From assembly GCA_002269645.1 (NCBI GenBank), contig NIVC01002495.1, forward strand, positions 1 to 64,000: 64,000 nucleotides of DNA. The letters are read 5' to 3'. Under the pieces are notes generated by a model. That model made no database searches and was not told the origin of the DNA. It saw only the letters and a list, made by a program, of their open reading frames with translations. Positions 11,378 to 22,677 of the stretch are shown one piece after another (the stretch's first letter is position 1; every line of letters begins with the position of its first letter). This stretch comes from Macrostomum lignano. Taxonomy: Eukaryota. Made by a program: the position numbers and the translations under genes.

Positions 11378-12725
11378 CTTCGGCTGTCCAGAAAGTCGCA
11401 AGAATGTATTTAAAAAATCTGTCAAAACTATCAAAAAACATGATAACAGCACTAGTTGGTAATGTAATCTCCCCTTGCATTGATTACAGCTTGGCAATGG
11501 TCAACAAGTCGCTGAACCTCTCTTTTTAAGCAATCTTCGTCAAGGCCTCTTGCCCACTGCAACACAGCTTCTCGATCTTCGTTGTGGTTGCTGAATACTC
11601 GCCTGGAGAAATCATTCTTCATCCAACTGAACAAAAAACGGTCGCATAGATTAGGTCTGGGCTCTAAGGACTCTGAAATACCAGCTGAACTCCATGGGAC
11701 TCTATGTACTGCTGCACAGAACGGGCTACGTGAGGTCGCGCATTGTCCCACTGCCAAAGAACATCCAACAGGTGAATTGGCTTTGACTTCAGAGTACGCC
11801 ATAAGTCTCCCGTGTGCCGAATGAATTCAACTATGCCATCTGCATCAACAGTTTGCTTTGGGGCTGTGGATTTAATGGAGAAGTGCTTGCTTGGAGTGAA
11901 AGCAACCAGAAGCATTGTCTTTGCATTCCTGACCAAGTGCCTGACAACCTGGGGCCGATGATCTCCTTGGCCAAGCCAGCACCTATTTTTTTGCTTTGTG
12001 CCAGTGTTGTTCAGGTACACCCACGTCTCATCTTCCACCACATACTTGTCGCAAAAGTTTTCCACCCCCTCATTGTAAAAAAGCCTGCAGCTTGGCACAA
12101 TTGATGCGAGCAGTCTTGTTCTCCTCGGATAGAGCATGAGGAACCCAGATGGCAGAAACATTTTGAAGGTGCAAATCCTCGGTCAAAATTTTGTGCACTG
12201 TTGTTTTACCAACTTCCAAAAAGTCGGCGAGGTCTCGGACACTAACTTTTGAATCCTCTTCAATGAGAGCTTGGCAGGTTTCGATCAGTTCCGTTGTCCT
12301 TGTTGACCATGGCTGGCCAGTCTAAGGAGCTGAGGCCATGGGAAATGCTTCATCACGAAACTTTGAGTACCATCTGTAAACTGTTGACTGACCTGGTGCG
12401 GCATCTCCATAAACTTTAAGTAGTTCGTCATAACAACTAATAGCAGAGATTCCAAGATGGTATCTAGCGTAGGCATAAGCCTAGAAATCTTCCATTTTGA
12501 CAAACTTGCTATTAAATTTTTCAAGCTTAATCACCGCATTGCATTGGTTATTAAGCACTTTATGCTGAGCTTGCCCCTGCCCCCAATTTTGCTGCTAGAA
12601 TAACAATAATTTTCACCATAGACATATATAAGTCTATTATTGAAATTTTATGTGTGCCATGTCATCAGCTTGCTGCTTTCTTGCTTGACTGACACATTCT
12701 CACAACTTTCCCCAGACAGGCGAAG
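11378..12725 (-). mobile_element. Full-length, inactivated mariner transposon (DD34D, 1348 bp)
   Basis: ~30-bp TIRs CTTCGGCTGTCCAGAAAGTCGCAAGAATG / CATTCTCACAACTTTCCCCAGACAGGCGAAG flanked by TA. Motifs WVPHALS, DETW, WDNARPH and SP*SPDL-NLCD (stop plus 1-nt frameshift); 34 residues between the second and third D after repair. Confidence 0.92.
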
Positions 12726-14110
12726 TAGAATTCTATATGCCAGATTCTTATATATATTGGAATTATATAGCATAGGCCTATATGTAAACCATCCAAAATC
12801 TAGGATCAAAATTTGTTAAACTTTAATGGACTTCTAAAAATCAAATATGTTTTAAATCATAGGTGTAAAACCTTTTTTTACTAAACCTAAACATTAATAT
12901 TTTTCAAATTTAATTAGTCTATATATAATTTATAATTTTTTAATATACATTATTTCTAGATTATAGACTTTTATATAGAATATAAAAATGCTATTTTGTA
13001 AAGAACAAGAATATTACTAATAGCTAATAGTAATGCTATGTATGATAAGTAAGCCTAAGAAATATTTAAATATATATTTAGGCTATTTTTTTATTTTTAC
13101 TTGTACTTTGACTAATACTCAAAGTGATACTTAGACTTATGTTAATGAGATAGCCTAAAGAAATTAAGCTCAACTAATAATTAGAGCAAAAATATTTGCA
13201 ACTTTAATAGGATAAATTGTAAATATAAAAATAAAAAATAATAATTAGCCCTATAACAGCTTTTTAATAGTGATAAGATATTTCATAATAGAAAAGTGAA
13301 GCCTTATAACAACTTTAGTAATAGCTTTATATTGTAGTATAGTAGAAAGATCTCTATTGAAACACCTTTATTACTTTGGTGACAAAGATGATAAAAACTT
13401 TAGTGAGATTAGAAATTAATTCACCCTTGCTTTAAAATATAACTTTATTTTTTAAACTAACTTAAGAAAATGATTATTTGCAAATGAATAAAAAGACTTG
13501 AGTTGAAGTCTATGTATGTCTTTTTACCCTATGTAACCTTGCAAATGATTAAAAAGAAAATGAATAAAAAGACTTGAAAACTTATCACTTGACAAAATTT
13601 TCTAAAAGTATACTTTTTAACAACCATTTTTTATGTGACTGACAAAATGACCTAAATCCACTAGATCTATACTAGCAGAAATGCCATTTGATAAATTAAA
13701 CAAACTATATATACATGTTAATAAAACAATCTTGATACTATAAAACTATGGTTTGCCCAAAAGTATAGAGGCTTTTGTACTTTTAAAACTAAACAAAATT
13801 AAAAGTTCTAGTATAAAAAGTCCTTATATAAAAAGCAGCTCGATTACACTATTCATAATGTAATTATTGGAACTCTTAGGATTTTAACACCTATTCATTT
13901 TAAGATTTAGCTATCTGTGAATTTAGTCTATAGACTTGCAACTTTTATAGGCCAGAGAGGCTCTGCGGTGTTAATGGTAGGACAAAGATATTGGTAGTTT
14001 ATTTGATTTTGAAATTTTTGATTAATGCTAGCTGGAATCATGCTATTTCAATCATTTATTCATTTAATCATGCTATTTTATTGAAACAATTGAAATTTTG
14101 CTGCTCACCA

Positions 14111-15184
14111 ATGGATCTGTCAGGCAAGCTGGTCATAAAAGTACAACTGGGCGACGACATTCGCCGCATTCCCATTCACAACGAGGAGATCACTTACGAC
14201 GAGTTGCTTCTAATGATGCAGCGCGTATTCCGCGGCAGTGACTGTCTAGCTAGCAGCATTGACGATCTAGTCATCAAGTACACCGACGAAGACGGCGATT
14301 TGGTCACCATAGCCGACGACTCAGATCTGAGCTTTGCCATCAACTGCTCCAGTCGGGTGCTCCGGCTTCGCCTATGCTTTCCTAAGCGCGACGCCGAGCA
14401 AATCAAAATTCAATCCGGCGCCGCAGTGCTTGACGAATTGCGAACTGTCCGGGACAGTGTTGTCCGAGTTCTGGACCGGCTGCAGGTGTCCGACAGCCGC
14501 TCCAGCGAGGACGGCCGTCAACGCGAGGCTTCTCAAGCTCCACCTTCAGCCGCTCCTGGCGGCATTGAGCAATCTCGGCAGCAGCAATTGCAGCAGCAGA
14601 AACAGCAGCAAAGTCCTGCTGCGGCCAGTAGCAGTAGTCGCGAGTTCGACCCGCTGACATCCGCTGGCACCGCTAGCCATGAGCAGCAGCAGCAGCAGCA
14701 GCATCTGCCTGGAGTGCCCACCCCGCCTTCGCAGCCACAGCAGCAGCAGCAGCCACAGCAGCATCACCAATACGCCCCAACGCCGCCACCAGTGCCGCAG
14801 CAGCAACAGCAATATCAGCAGCAGCCGCAGCAGCAGCAGCAACAACAATACCACATGCCTTACGGCCCAACCGGCTATCCACAGGGCCCGCAAGGCCCAC
14901 CGGGCGTTTCCGGACGGGATTATGCTCCGCAGACTAGCGCAGCCTCCGGCGCCTACGGCGCTCCAGTGCCGCCGCCGCCGACGTCTGCAGCAACGTCGGC
15001 CGCAGCGGCCGCCGGCTACAGCCCCGCGCCGACGCCACCGCCGCTGCCGCACCAGATGCCGCAGACCTACAATCCGTATAGCCGCAGTCAGCAGCAGCAG
15101 CCGCCGCCGCCAGGCTCCATGGCTTCCGGAGCCCCGGCGCCGTTTCATCATCAGCCGGCTTTTCGTAAACCCGGCTACCAGTGA
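14111..15184 (+). CDS. TFG: TRK-fused gene protein (PB1 domain, coiled coil, Q/P-rich tail), 357 aa, no intron in CDS
   Basis: [42 protein letters not shown]...[23 protein letters not shown] closely matches the animal TFG N-terminus. ATG at 14111; the upstream part of the ORF-track call is AT-rich non-coding DNA. Confidence 0.93.
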   Translation: MDLSGKLVIKVQLGDDIRRIPIHNEEITYDELLLMMQRVFRGSDCLASSIDDLVIKYTDEDGDLVTIADDSDLSFAINCSSRVLRLRLCFPKRDAEQIKIQSGAAVLDELRTVRDSVVRVLDRLQVSDSRSSEDGRQREASQAPPSAAPGGIEQSRQQQLQQQKQQQSPAAASSSSREFDPLTSAGTASHEQQQQQQHLPGVPTPPSQPQQQQQPQQHHQYAPTPPPVPQQQQQYQQQPQQQQQQQYHMPYGPTGYPQGPQGPPGVSGRDYAPQTSAASGAYGAPVPPPPTSAATSAAAAAGYSPAPTPPPLPHQMPQTYNPYSRSQQQQPPPPGSMASGAPAPFHHQPAFRKPGYQ

Positions 15185-15857
15185 CGGATGGGTGACCTGA
15201 ATTGACCTCGTCATAGTTGATGCATAAACATATATTTATTCAGTGCCGAGTGAACTTTAAATAATTAACATTACATAGTCTCGATTGACAAAATAACAAA
15301 AATTTGAAATTATACCGGAAAATCCATACTGCTAATAATAGTTAGCTGATTGTTCTCTTCTCCGATGCTCGATTGATGTATTATGACGTGTTTCTGTTAG
15401 ATAGATTAACTATTATTATAATTCAGCCTAATCTGCTACTGTAAATTCACTGTCCACCGTTTACTGACCTCTCTGACGCTTTTTTGCATCGGAATTCCGT
15501 TTGATCGGCTTTTTCCGTTCTAAACCCAATATTGATTTTGTGGCTGAATGTCTTTGTTGATTTATCCACGCATACTAAATTTAGTTACTATAAACATTCA
15601 GCGTATTTGAGGACACGCTTTCTTAGTCCTAGCTACAGTCCTACAGATACTTAGAACAATTAGATATGGCACTCGCAATTAAATTTGTCGAAAAAGTAGA
15701 GCGACTACTATCGTTCAGTAGTTTTGTCTGCGTAGTGTTACTTTAATTTAATATTGGCAGCTGAAATTTCTTTTCCTCCTTCGGGGTTTACGGCCTCGGG
15801 AGCATATTGAGTTAAGAAAAACAGCAAGCATTTAACTCGGTACACAAGTGAACGCAC

Positions 15858-16650
15858 GGCGGACGAAACTCAGCTTAGGGGGCAGGTCCAATCTAGCTCA
15901 GCCAATGAGAGAGCAGTAAGGAGACAGGGTCTAAGTCAGGCGGACTAAACTCAGCCCAAGGGGCAGGCCCAATCTAGCTCAGCCAATGAGAGAGCAGTAA
16001 GGAGACAGGGTCTAAGTCAGGCGGACGAAACTCAGCCCAAAGGGCAGGCCCAATCTAGCTCAGCCAATGAGAGAGCAGTAAGGAGACAGGGTCTAAGTCA
16101 GACGGACGAAACTCAGCCCAAGGGGCAGGCCCAATCTAGCTCAGCCAATGAGAGAGCAGTAAGGAGACAGGGTCTAAGTCAGACGGACGAAACTCAGCCC
16201 AAAGGGCAGGCCCAATCTAGCTCAGCCAATGAGAGAGCAGTAAGGAGACAGGGTCTAAGTCAGACGGACGAAACTCAGCCCAAAGGGCAGGCCCAATCTA
16301 GCTCAGCCAGTGAGAGAGCAGTAAGGAGACAGGGTCTAAGTCAGGCGGACTAAACTCAGCCCAAAGGGCAGGCCCAATCTAGCTCAGCCAATGAGAGAGC
16401 AGTAAGGAGACAGGGTCTAAGTCAGGCGGACTAAACTCAGCCCAAGGGGCAGGCCCAATCTAGCTCAGCCAATGAGAGAGCAGTAAGGAGACAGGGTCTA
16501 AGTCAGGCGGACGAAACTCAGCCCAAAGGGCAGGCCCAATCTAGCTCAGCCAATGAGAGAGCAGTAAGGAGACAGGGTCTAAGTCAGACGGACGAAACTC
16601 AGCCCAAAGGGCAGGCCCAATCTAGCTCAGCCAATGAGAGGGCAGTAAGG
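15858..16650. repeat. 81-bp tandem satellite, ~10 copies
   Basis: Unit GCGGACGAAACTCAGCCCAAGGGGCAGGCCCAATCTAGCTCAGCCAATGAGAGAGCAGTAAGGAGACAGGGTCTAAGTCAG recurs at 15940, 16021, 16102 and onward. Confidence 0.95.
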
Positions 16651-18064
16651 AAAAAGGTCAAAATCAGACAAGCGGGCAAGAGGAAAGCCAAACTGTTAAT
16701 CGGCCTGGCTGGGCCCCTTTTTCTCTCTTGCTGGCTATGTATAAGTACTGGATTTGGGTCTGCTTGTAGAAAACTACAGGCTATTATTGCAGTTGCCGCT
16801 TAAAAAACTAAATATGTTGTTAAAGGTTATTAAATTTATACTTCACTAATAAAAAGGCAAAAAACGCAAATTTTACTATTGAAATTACAAAGAGTAGATT
16901 AGCTCTTTTGTGAGTGACATCTAGTTTGTTTTAGTATCTGTGGCCCTAGCTAATCATTTTTGTCGGTGTTGCTTTAAGTTGCTCATCCTTTGTTATTAAA
17001 AATACAAATAAAATTATAAAATCGCTCTGCATGCGTGCGCCTTTGCCCGATTCAATTTTCTAATTACATTTATTTTTCATTTAATACTGCCGCGTCTAGT
17101 CCGTCTTTTTTTAATTATTGTTAAGCCGGAGAAGATCCTTTGGATTATAAAATGCTAGATTAGCAATCGTAGTTTTAGTAATTAGGAATAACTAATCTAA
17201 TAATAGAATTTTTGTTATATTCTTGTACTACTGCTTCCAGTAGTATCGAATTTGAGATTAATTATTGGCAGAGTTGCGAAAGATTTAGAGTTTGCCTACA
17301 GTTACTACGGGCTCCGGCAGTCTTTACTCACTCTACCAACCTAAAAATGAAGTTGGCTTATTTATAAAATGTGCACCCAGTCCCGCTTAGTACTTGTAGC
17401 TGTACTGGTTTGCCGTGTTTTCTGCATGCTAGTTACTTGCAATCGCTTTAATTAAAACATGAACAAGTTGGTTTGTAACTCACATTAAAGTATAATCGCA
17501 ACGAGAATCATAACTGAATTATCCTGGTTGCTGCATTCTTTTTTCGAGTTTTATTGGCTTTGAAATGCACCAAATAATTGGACCGGTTTATAGTTGACTT
17601 TGTCACCAAAAATATTCTTTTTCTGTATGAACAACTGCATATGAAGCCAGGAGGCAAGCAGTCAGGCTCATTCCGCTGACCCCTGAGCACGCACACAGAT
17701 ACGTACTTAGACATAGGCTTAGACAGAGTTTTCAACGGCCCTGACTTTCTCATTGTCAGGCATGCTATACAGCCAGACAGCACAACTGTGCTTTTGGGGT
17801 TGGCCTTCATGGGCGTGAATTGCACGACAAGCCTCCAGCCAATTTCTGTGCTCAAGCTCCAAACAGGCACGTCGCCACCGGGGAGGACGGGGGGACATGT
17901 CCCCTCCCCTCCCCCCAGTAAAAGCTATGAAGGGGACATGTCCCCCACAGTACAAGCTATGGGGGGACATGCCAATGCTTTATCCCCCACCCCACCTTGT
18001 GACCCGTTGTGGTATTCAATAAGAGTGCCTGCGGCGCTAAAATGAGTGCCTGCGGCGCTGAAAG

Positions 18065-20535
18065 TGTTATTTTTTCAGGTTACTTAAAGTCTTCAATAAG
18101 TCTTTAAGGCATTAATTATTGGTGCTGATATCCTAGCAGACGTTTCCGCGGCTCCAAGGTTCTTAGTCTTGCTCTTATTTCTCTTTATTTCACATTCTCA
18201 CAGCGGGCTTTTAACCCAAGCCTGTTTTAATTTGCAGCTTCATTTAGTCTATAGATAAAACAAAACGCGTCAAACTACATATGCAATTAAAATAATATCA
18301 ATATATAGTCACGTCATATCATCCCTCTTTCCTTCAAGATGCTTGGTACCTGTCCGGTGCTCTCCGGATCCGCACTGGGTACCTGGACTCCGAAAGTTGA
18401 ATTGAACTTGGTTCTCCATCGTCTTCGATAGGCTTGTGGGTTTCAGCCTCAGCTCTGTCTCTGACATGGTTCCGGTGCACCACCAGATCTCGTCCTCTAT
18501 GGTCCTGTACTCGTCTCAGCTGTTCTCCAACCGCTTCTTGAAGTACTTCCTCTCTCCACTCCTTGTTGAAGGGATCTTGGACCCAAACAGGATTGTGAGT
18601 TTGTTCTGTTTTCTTGTCCTGGAACGACCGACGATGTAGCAGTAACAACCTCGTATTGAACTCCCGACCAAACATTTCTCGACACGGAGCGACACCGTTG
18701 GCTCTTGGGCAGACTCGAATGGCGTACAAAGCCTGTTGCATTCGAACTTCCGGGTCTGGATCGTTTAGCTGTTTTAGCTTTGTCTTCAGCCTTTTCACTG
18801 CTACCTCGGCTACTCCATTCGAAGCGGGATGGTATCTGGGTGACTTGAGGTGTAGCACTCCCATTCGTTTCAACCAAGCTTCTGTTTCACTGGCAACGAA
18901 CTGTGGTCCATTGTCAGTAACCAGTACTTCCGGGATGCCAAAGTTGCAAAACGTTCTTCGCAGCACTTTGTTGATGGCTGCCGCATCAGTATCACGAACC
19001 CATTCGGCGCTAATAAATCCAATCTTAGCGTCCGAGACCATGAGAAATTTTTTTCCTTCTAATTGACCAAGATCTACATGGACTCGGCACCAGGCTTCCT
19101 TTGGCACTGGCCATGGTCTAAGCACAGCTTTCTGTGAAGGTCTTAGGCGTTGACACGTGCGACACTCTGCCACGCACTCTTCTATCTCGGCTTCCATATT
19201 GGGCCACCAAACATACTGTCGTGCCCATGGCCATGCCTTCATCGCTTGAATTCCCGGATGAGAATCATGAAGAAAACGCATAACTTTTGCTCTCAATTTT
19301 GCAGGGATGACGATTCGTTGATAAAATAGCAGCAGGTTATCCTCGCAGCTCAGTCTGTTCTGCACTTTCCGGAATGGCTCTGGAATATCTTCCCCAGATC
19401 GCAAACGACCTAGAACTTCTTGGATCTCCACGTCTTTTCGGGTTGCCTGTTCTATTTGATCCGCAGTGACTGGTCCTTCGTCGGACAGGGAGATATCCAC
19501 CGCAGCGATTTCGTTCACTGCTTCAGTCGCTGACCTATCACTCCAGTTGTTTCCCTCAGTTGGGAGTCTTGATAGCGCGTCTGTATGTGGAATTTCGTGT
19601 GTCCTTTTCCCTCTGATGTTATATTGGTACGTTGCAAGCAGTTCCGCCCAGCGCTGCACTCGCTTGCTCGCTCTTTCAGGCAGGTCCTTGTAAGATGCAA
19701 ACAGAAATTCTAGCGGCCTGTGATCTGTCACAATCCCAAAACTTCGATAGGCTAGAAATCTATTTAGCTTCTTGACGCACCAAACCACACCAAGAGCTTC
19801 TCGCTCAAATTGGCTATATAGCGCGATTCGGCAGGTGTGATTTTCTTGGATACAAACGCTACAGGCATTCCATTCTGCTCCAGAACTCCTCCAATGCCGT
19901 AGGGCGATGCATAAGCCACTGCAGCTTGACAACGGCGTTTGGTAACTTCGATACCCATACTACTAAACCAATTTCGGCCAATAACCGGCTTTGCGTTCAT
20001 GTCCATGACTACCAGCTACAACCAGTTTCTTCTGCGGCACGACATGCTTCTCAATTTCATTCAATTCCTTGAAGGTCTTGTTCTCTGGCTTCGCCGGAGC
20101 GACCAGGTTCCGCAGCTTGTCGTAGGCAGTTTCCCCCATGAGGCTTATGAAGAAGTCGGTCTTGGGCGAAAACCCTTCCTCCTGCTCATCCTTCTCCTGC
20201 AGACGGCTTCAAACCGCTCGATCCAGGCCTCGAACTTGTATTCTGTCCAGGGAAGCTCCCGCTGGTTCTCTCGAGACAGCGACGCCATTTTTATGTTTTC
20301 AGGTTACTTAAAGTCTTCAATATACTTAAGGCATTAATTATTAGTGCTGATATCCTAGCAGACGTTTCCGCGGCTCCAAAGTTCTTAGTCTTGCTCTTAT
20401 TTCTCCTTATTTCACATTCTCACAGCGGGCTTTTAACCCAAGCCTGTTTTGCAGCTTCTAGTCCATAGATAAAACAAAACGCGTCAAACTGCATATGCAA
20501 TTAAAATAATATCAATATATAGTCACGTCATACCA
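18065..20535 (-). mobile_element. Internally deleted Ty3/Gypsy (Mag/K02A2.6-like) LTR retrotransposon, 2.47 kb
   Basis: LTRs at 18065-18321 and ~20289-20535; 5-bp TSD GAAAG on both sides; PPT GGAAAGAGGGA. Gag N-terminus (WIERFEAVC; FISLMGETAYDKLRNLVAPAKP), a protease tail, RNase H and integrase are present; RT is absent. Confidence 0.92.
18334..19930 (-). pseudogene. RNase H-integrase portion of pol
   Basis: ASPYGIGGVL...YSQFEREALGVVW...TDHRPL (RNase H); H-x4-H / C-x2-C zinc finger; RVHVD...TDNGPQF...SNGVAE integrase core. One frameshift near 19830. Confidence 0.88.
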
Positions 20536-20779
20536 GAAAGGAATGCCTGCGACGCTAAAATGAGTGCCTGCGGCGCTAAAATGATTGCCTTCGACGCTAA
20601 AAAGAGTGCCTGCGGCGCCAAAATGAGCGCTGACAGCACGATTCTCAAAATAATGGAAATTTAGGAATTTATTAGTCATGTACATGTTGAATTTTTGGTT
20701 TTGCCCCCCCCCCCACCATAAAATCCATGTCGACGCCCGTGGCTCCAAATTAATGTGGCCGAGCATGGAGTTGAATCTA

Positions 20780-21063
20780 GGGGGTTGTAGCCTAGGGGTT
20801 AAAGCTTCGGATTCACGACTGAAAGGTCAGGGGTTCGACTCTCGACTCACTCAGAACAATTTGTATCCTTGAGCAAGACAGTTTACCCAGCTGTAAAATC
20901 GGTGTCTGCGGTAATCGAGGGCGTGTGGCGACCGCCCAGTCCTTGGACTGAACAGCCGTACGCAGCCTTCAGATGCGCTGCGCAACAATAGCTGCGGCTA
21001 AGAGCTGTCGGTTGCAAATCTGGCCATTAGGGCAGGTGAAAGCAATTGTTATTAATGGTATCA
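20780..21063 (+). mobile_element. tRNA-derived SINE, copy 1
   Basis: A-box-like TAGCCTAGGGGTTAAAG, B-box GGTTCGACTC, then CCTTGAGCAAGACA...CACCCAGCTGTAAAAT-type body. Homologous to 46259-46570. Flanked by a ~43-bp duplicated sequence. Confidence 0.8.
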
Positions 21064-22677
21064 CAAGCTCCAAACAAATGTGGCCGAGCATGGAGTTGAA
21101 TCTAGGAACGCTGAGCTGCAGCTTCTAAGACCCCATCGCATGTGTCGAGGACTCTGCATAATACTGTTATAATATTCATAGCTCGTATACGGCGCAGAAG
21201 TGGCTCGTATACAGTGTCGAAGCAATTCAAGGCGAGTCATGGCTACATGTAAACAAACCGTGACGACCTGCGCTGTGCAATGCCACGGTCAGGGACTACG
21301 TAATAGAGAGGGGAAGGTGCGCCGGGTCAGTTCGCACTGCGGCTATACTGTATATTCCTTTATGCCGCACTTGCTATTTTGACCCTAATTTGCCTGTACC
21401 TGGGTTTGGCCCCACCTCGTGCAATTTCTATTGCTATAAAGCTACATAAGCAGCGAAGAAAGAGAGAGCTGTTTTAGCTAATAGCTGCATAGTAAACGCC
21501 AAAACAGACTCTCTCTCTTGTTCGCCCACAGAGCTGAAATATTTATATCCTTGTTATAGTAGGCCCAGGGCAGTAGCCCAGACCGCACTGGCAGGAGGAA
21601 TAGGTCTATAATCGCTGTGCTTTCATCGTGCTCAATACTGTAAGAATCCGCGTGTTCTGATGAAGGGAGTTGAGCGCTTTATAGTTGGATCGGTGGACAG
21701 GACCTTATATAGCTTTCTTGGACTTTAATCCCACAGCTTGAGGGCTTTCATTGAAAGCTGCTATTTCCCATTCCTTACTGTGTTCCTTGCGTGCGCCGCG
21801 CAGCAGCTCCAGCTATAATCCCAACTCCATGCTTTGGCTCCCAAATACACCATGGCTGCTAGGATACAGGAGGAGGGGGACAAGAGCCCGCCAGCTCTAC
21901 CTTCCCCCTAGCCCGGCAAATCCCACTACTCAGCATCCCCAGCCGTTCCGCCCTTCCCGCAGTCTCCGCAGAGGGAAGAGAGAAAAACACGTAGGGATGG
22001 AAACCTATGTCCGGGGGGACGCAGGAACTGTACTCAGCCAGCCTCCTTAACTGCGCTCTCAGTCCTTATTCTTGGGAGAATTTTCCCATTCACTGTTCCT
22101 CTTAACCCTTCCTATCCAACCCCCACTCCCACCCAGCGTCCCTCCTCCATCGTCGCCCAGTTGCCAGTCCAGTAATCCTCCGCCTCCCTTCTCACTTGCG
22201 TGTTGTACGCAGCCCGCGAGAGAAACTTTTTAGTCTGTCAGGACGATCAGCGCGGCTGCGAGGAGCGGGAGAGAGGAGAGAAGGCTTGGGAAATCAACCA
22301 AGACGGAAACTGAATACGATCATAATATATATAGGCCAGACCAGCAGACACTGGAATAGCTTTCAAGACCTATACACCATATACTCATCTATATGCTCAA
22401 CATCGTAGAGAGCAGATACTTGATTAACCACATCAACTCTTATTTGACTGGCAGAAGCTCACTGAAATTCCGAGCCGTTTAAAATGTAAGTCATTCTTCT
22501 GCAGGTTTTTCTATTTAATAAAGATTGTTTTCACAGGTATTTTTATACAGTTTTTTTTCGATCGCTCAGACAGAAAAACATTCTCATTCAAAGACTCGTA
22601 TTAGCTAGTTGCAGACTCTGAAAGGACTACTATACATATAGCGGAACCGCCGAAGGGGTTATGCGCAATCACTTTAG

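Larger units (their letters stand above)
17864..20741. mobile_element. hAT MITE with 8-bp TSD, interrupted by an LTR retrotransposon
   Basis: TSD GCTCCAAA at 17856-17863 and 20742-20749. Termini CAGGCACGTCGCC / CGACGCCCGTG. Internal 21-bp repeats (GAGTGCCTGCGGCGCTAAAAT) are split by the LTR element. Confidence 0.8.

Noticed and set aside
13991-14110. N-terminal extension of the TFG ORF in the ORF track
   Set aside because: It starts at a non-ATG codon in AT-rich DNA; homology begins at MDLSGK (14111).
14194-15214. Antisense ORFs over TFG
   Set aside because: They are shadows of a GC-rich, CAG-rich coding sequence with no independent motifs.
20780-20850. Possible tRNA gene (also 46259-46330)
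   Set aside because: A and B boxes are present but the anticodon stem does not pair, and both continue into a shared ~230-bp body, so they are SINE heads.
17679-21172. Open frame (~90 codons) reconstituted after removing the MITE, LTR element and SINE
   Set aside because: Several frames on both strands are open, none resembles a protein I recognise, and there are no convincing start or splice signals.
21180-22330. GC-rich unique-looking region with a short hairpin (22207-22262) and a CTGATGA motif (21658)
   Set aside because: The stem is only ~10 bp, I could not build a complete hammerhead core, and there is no paired TIR or recognisable ORF.
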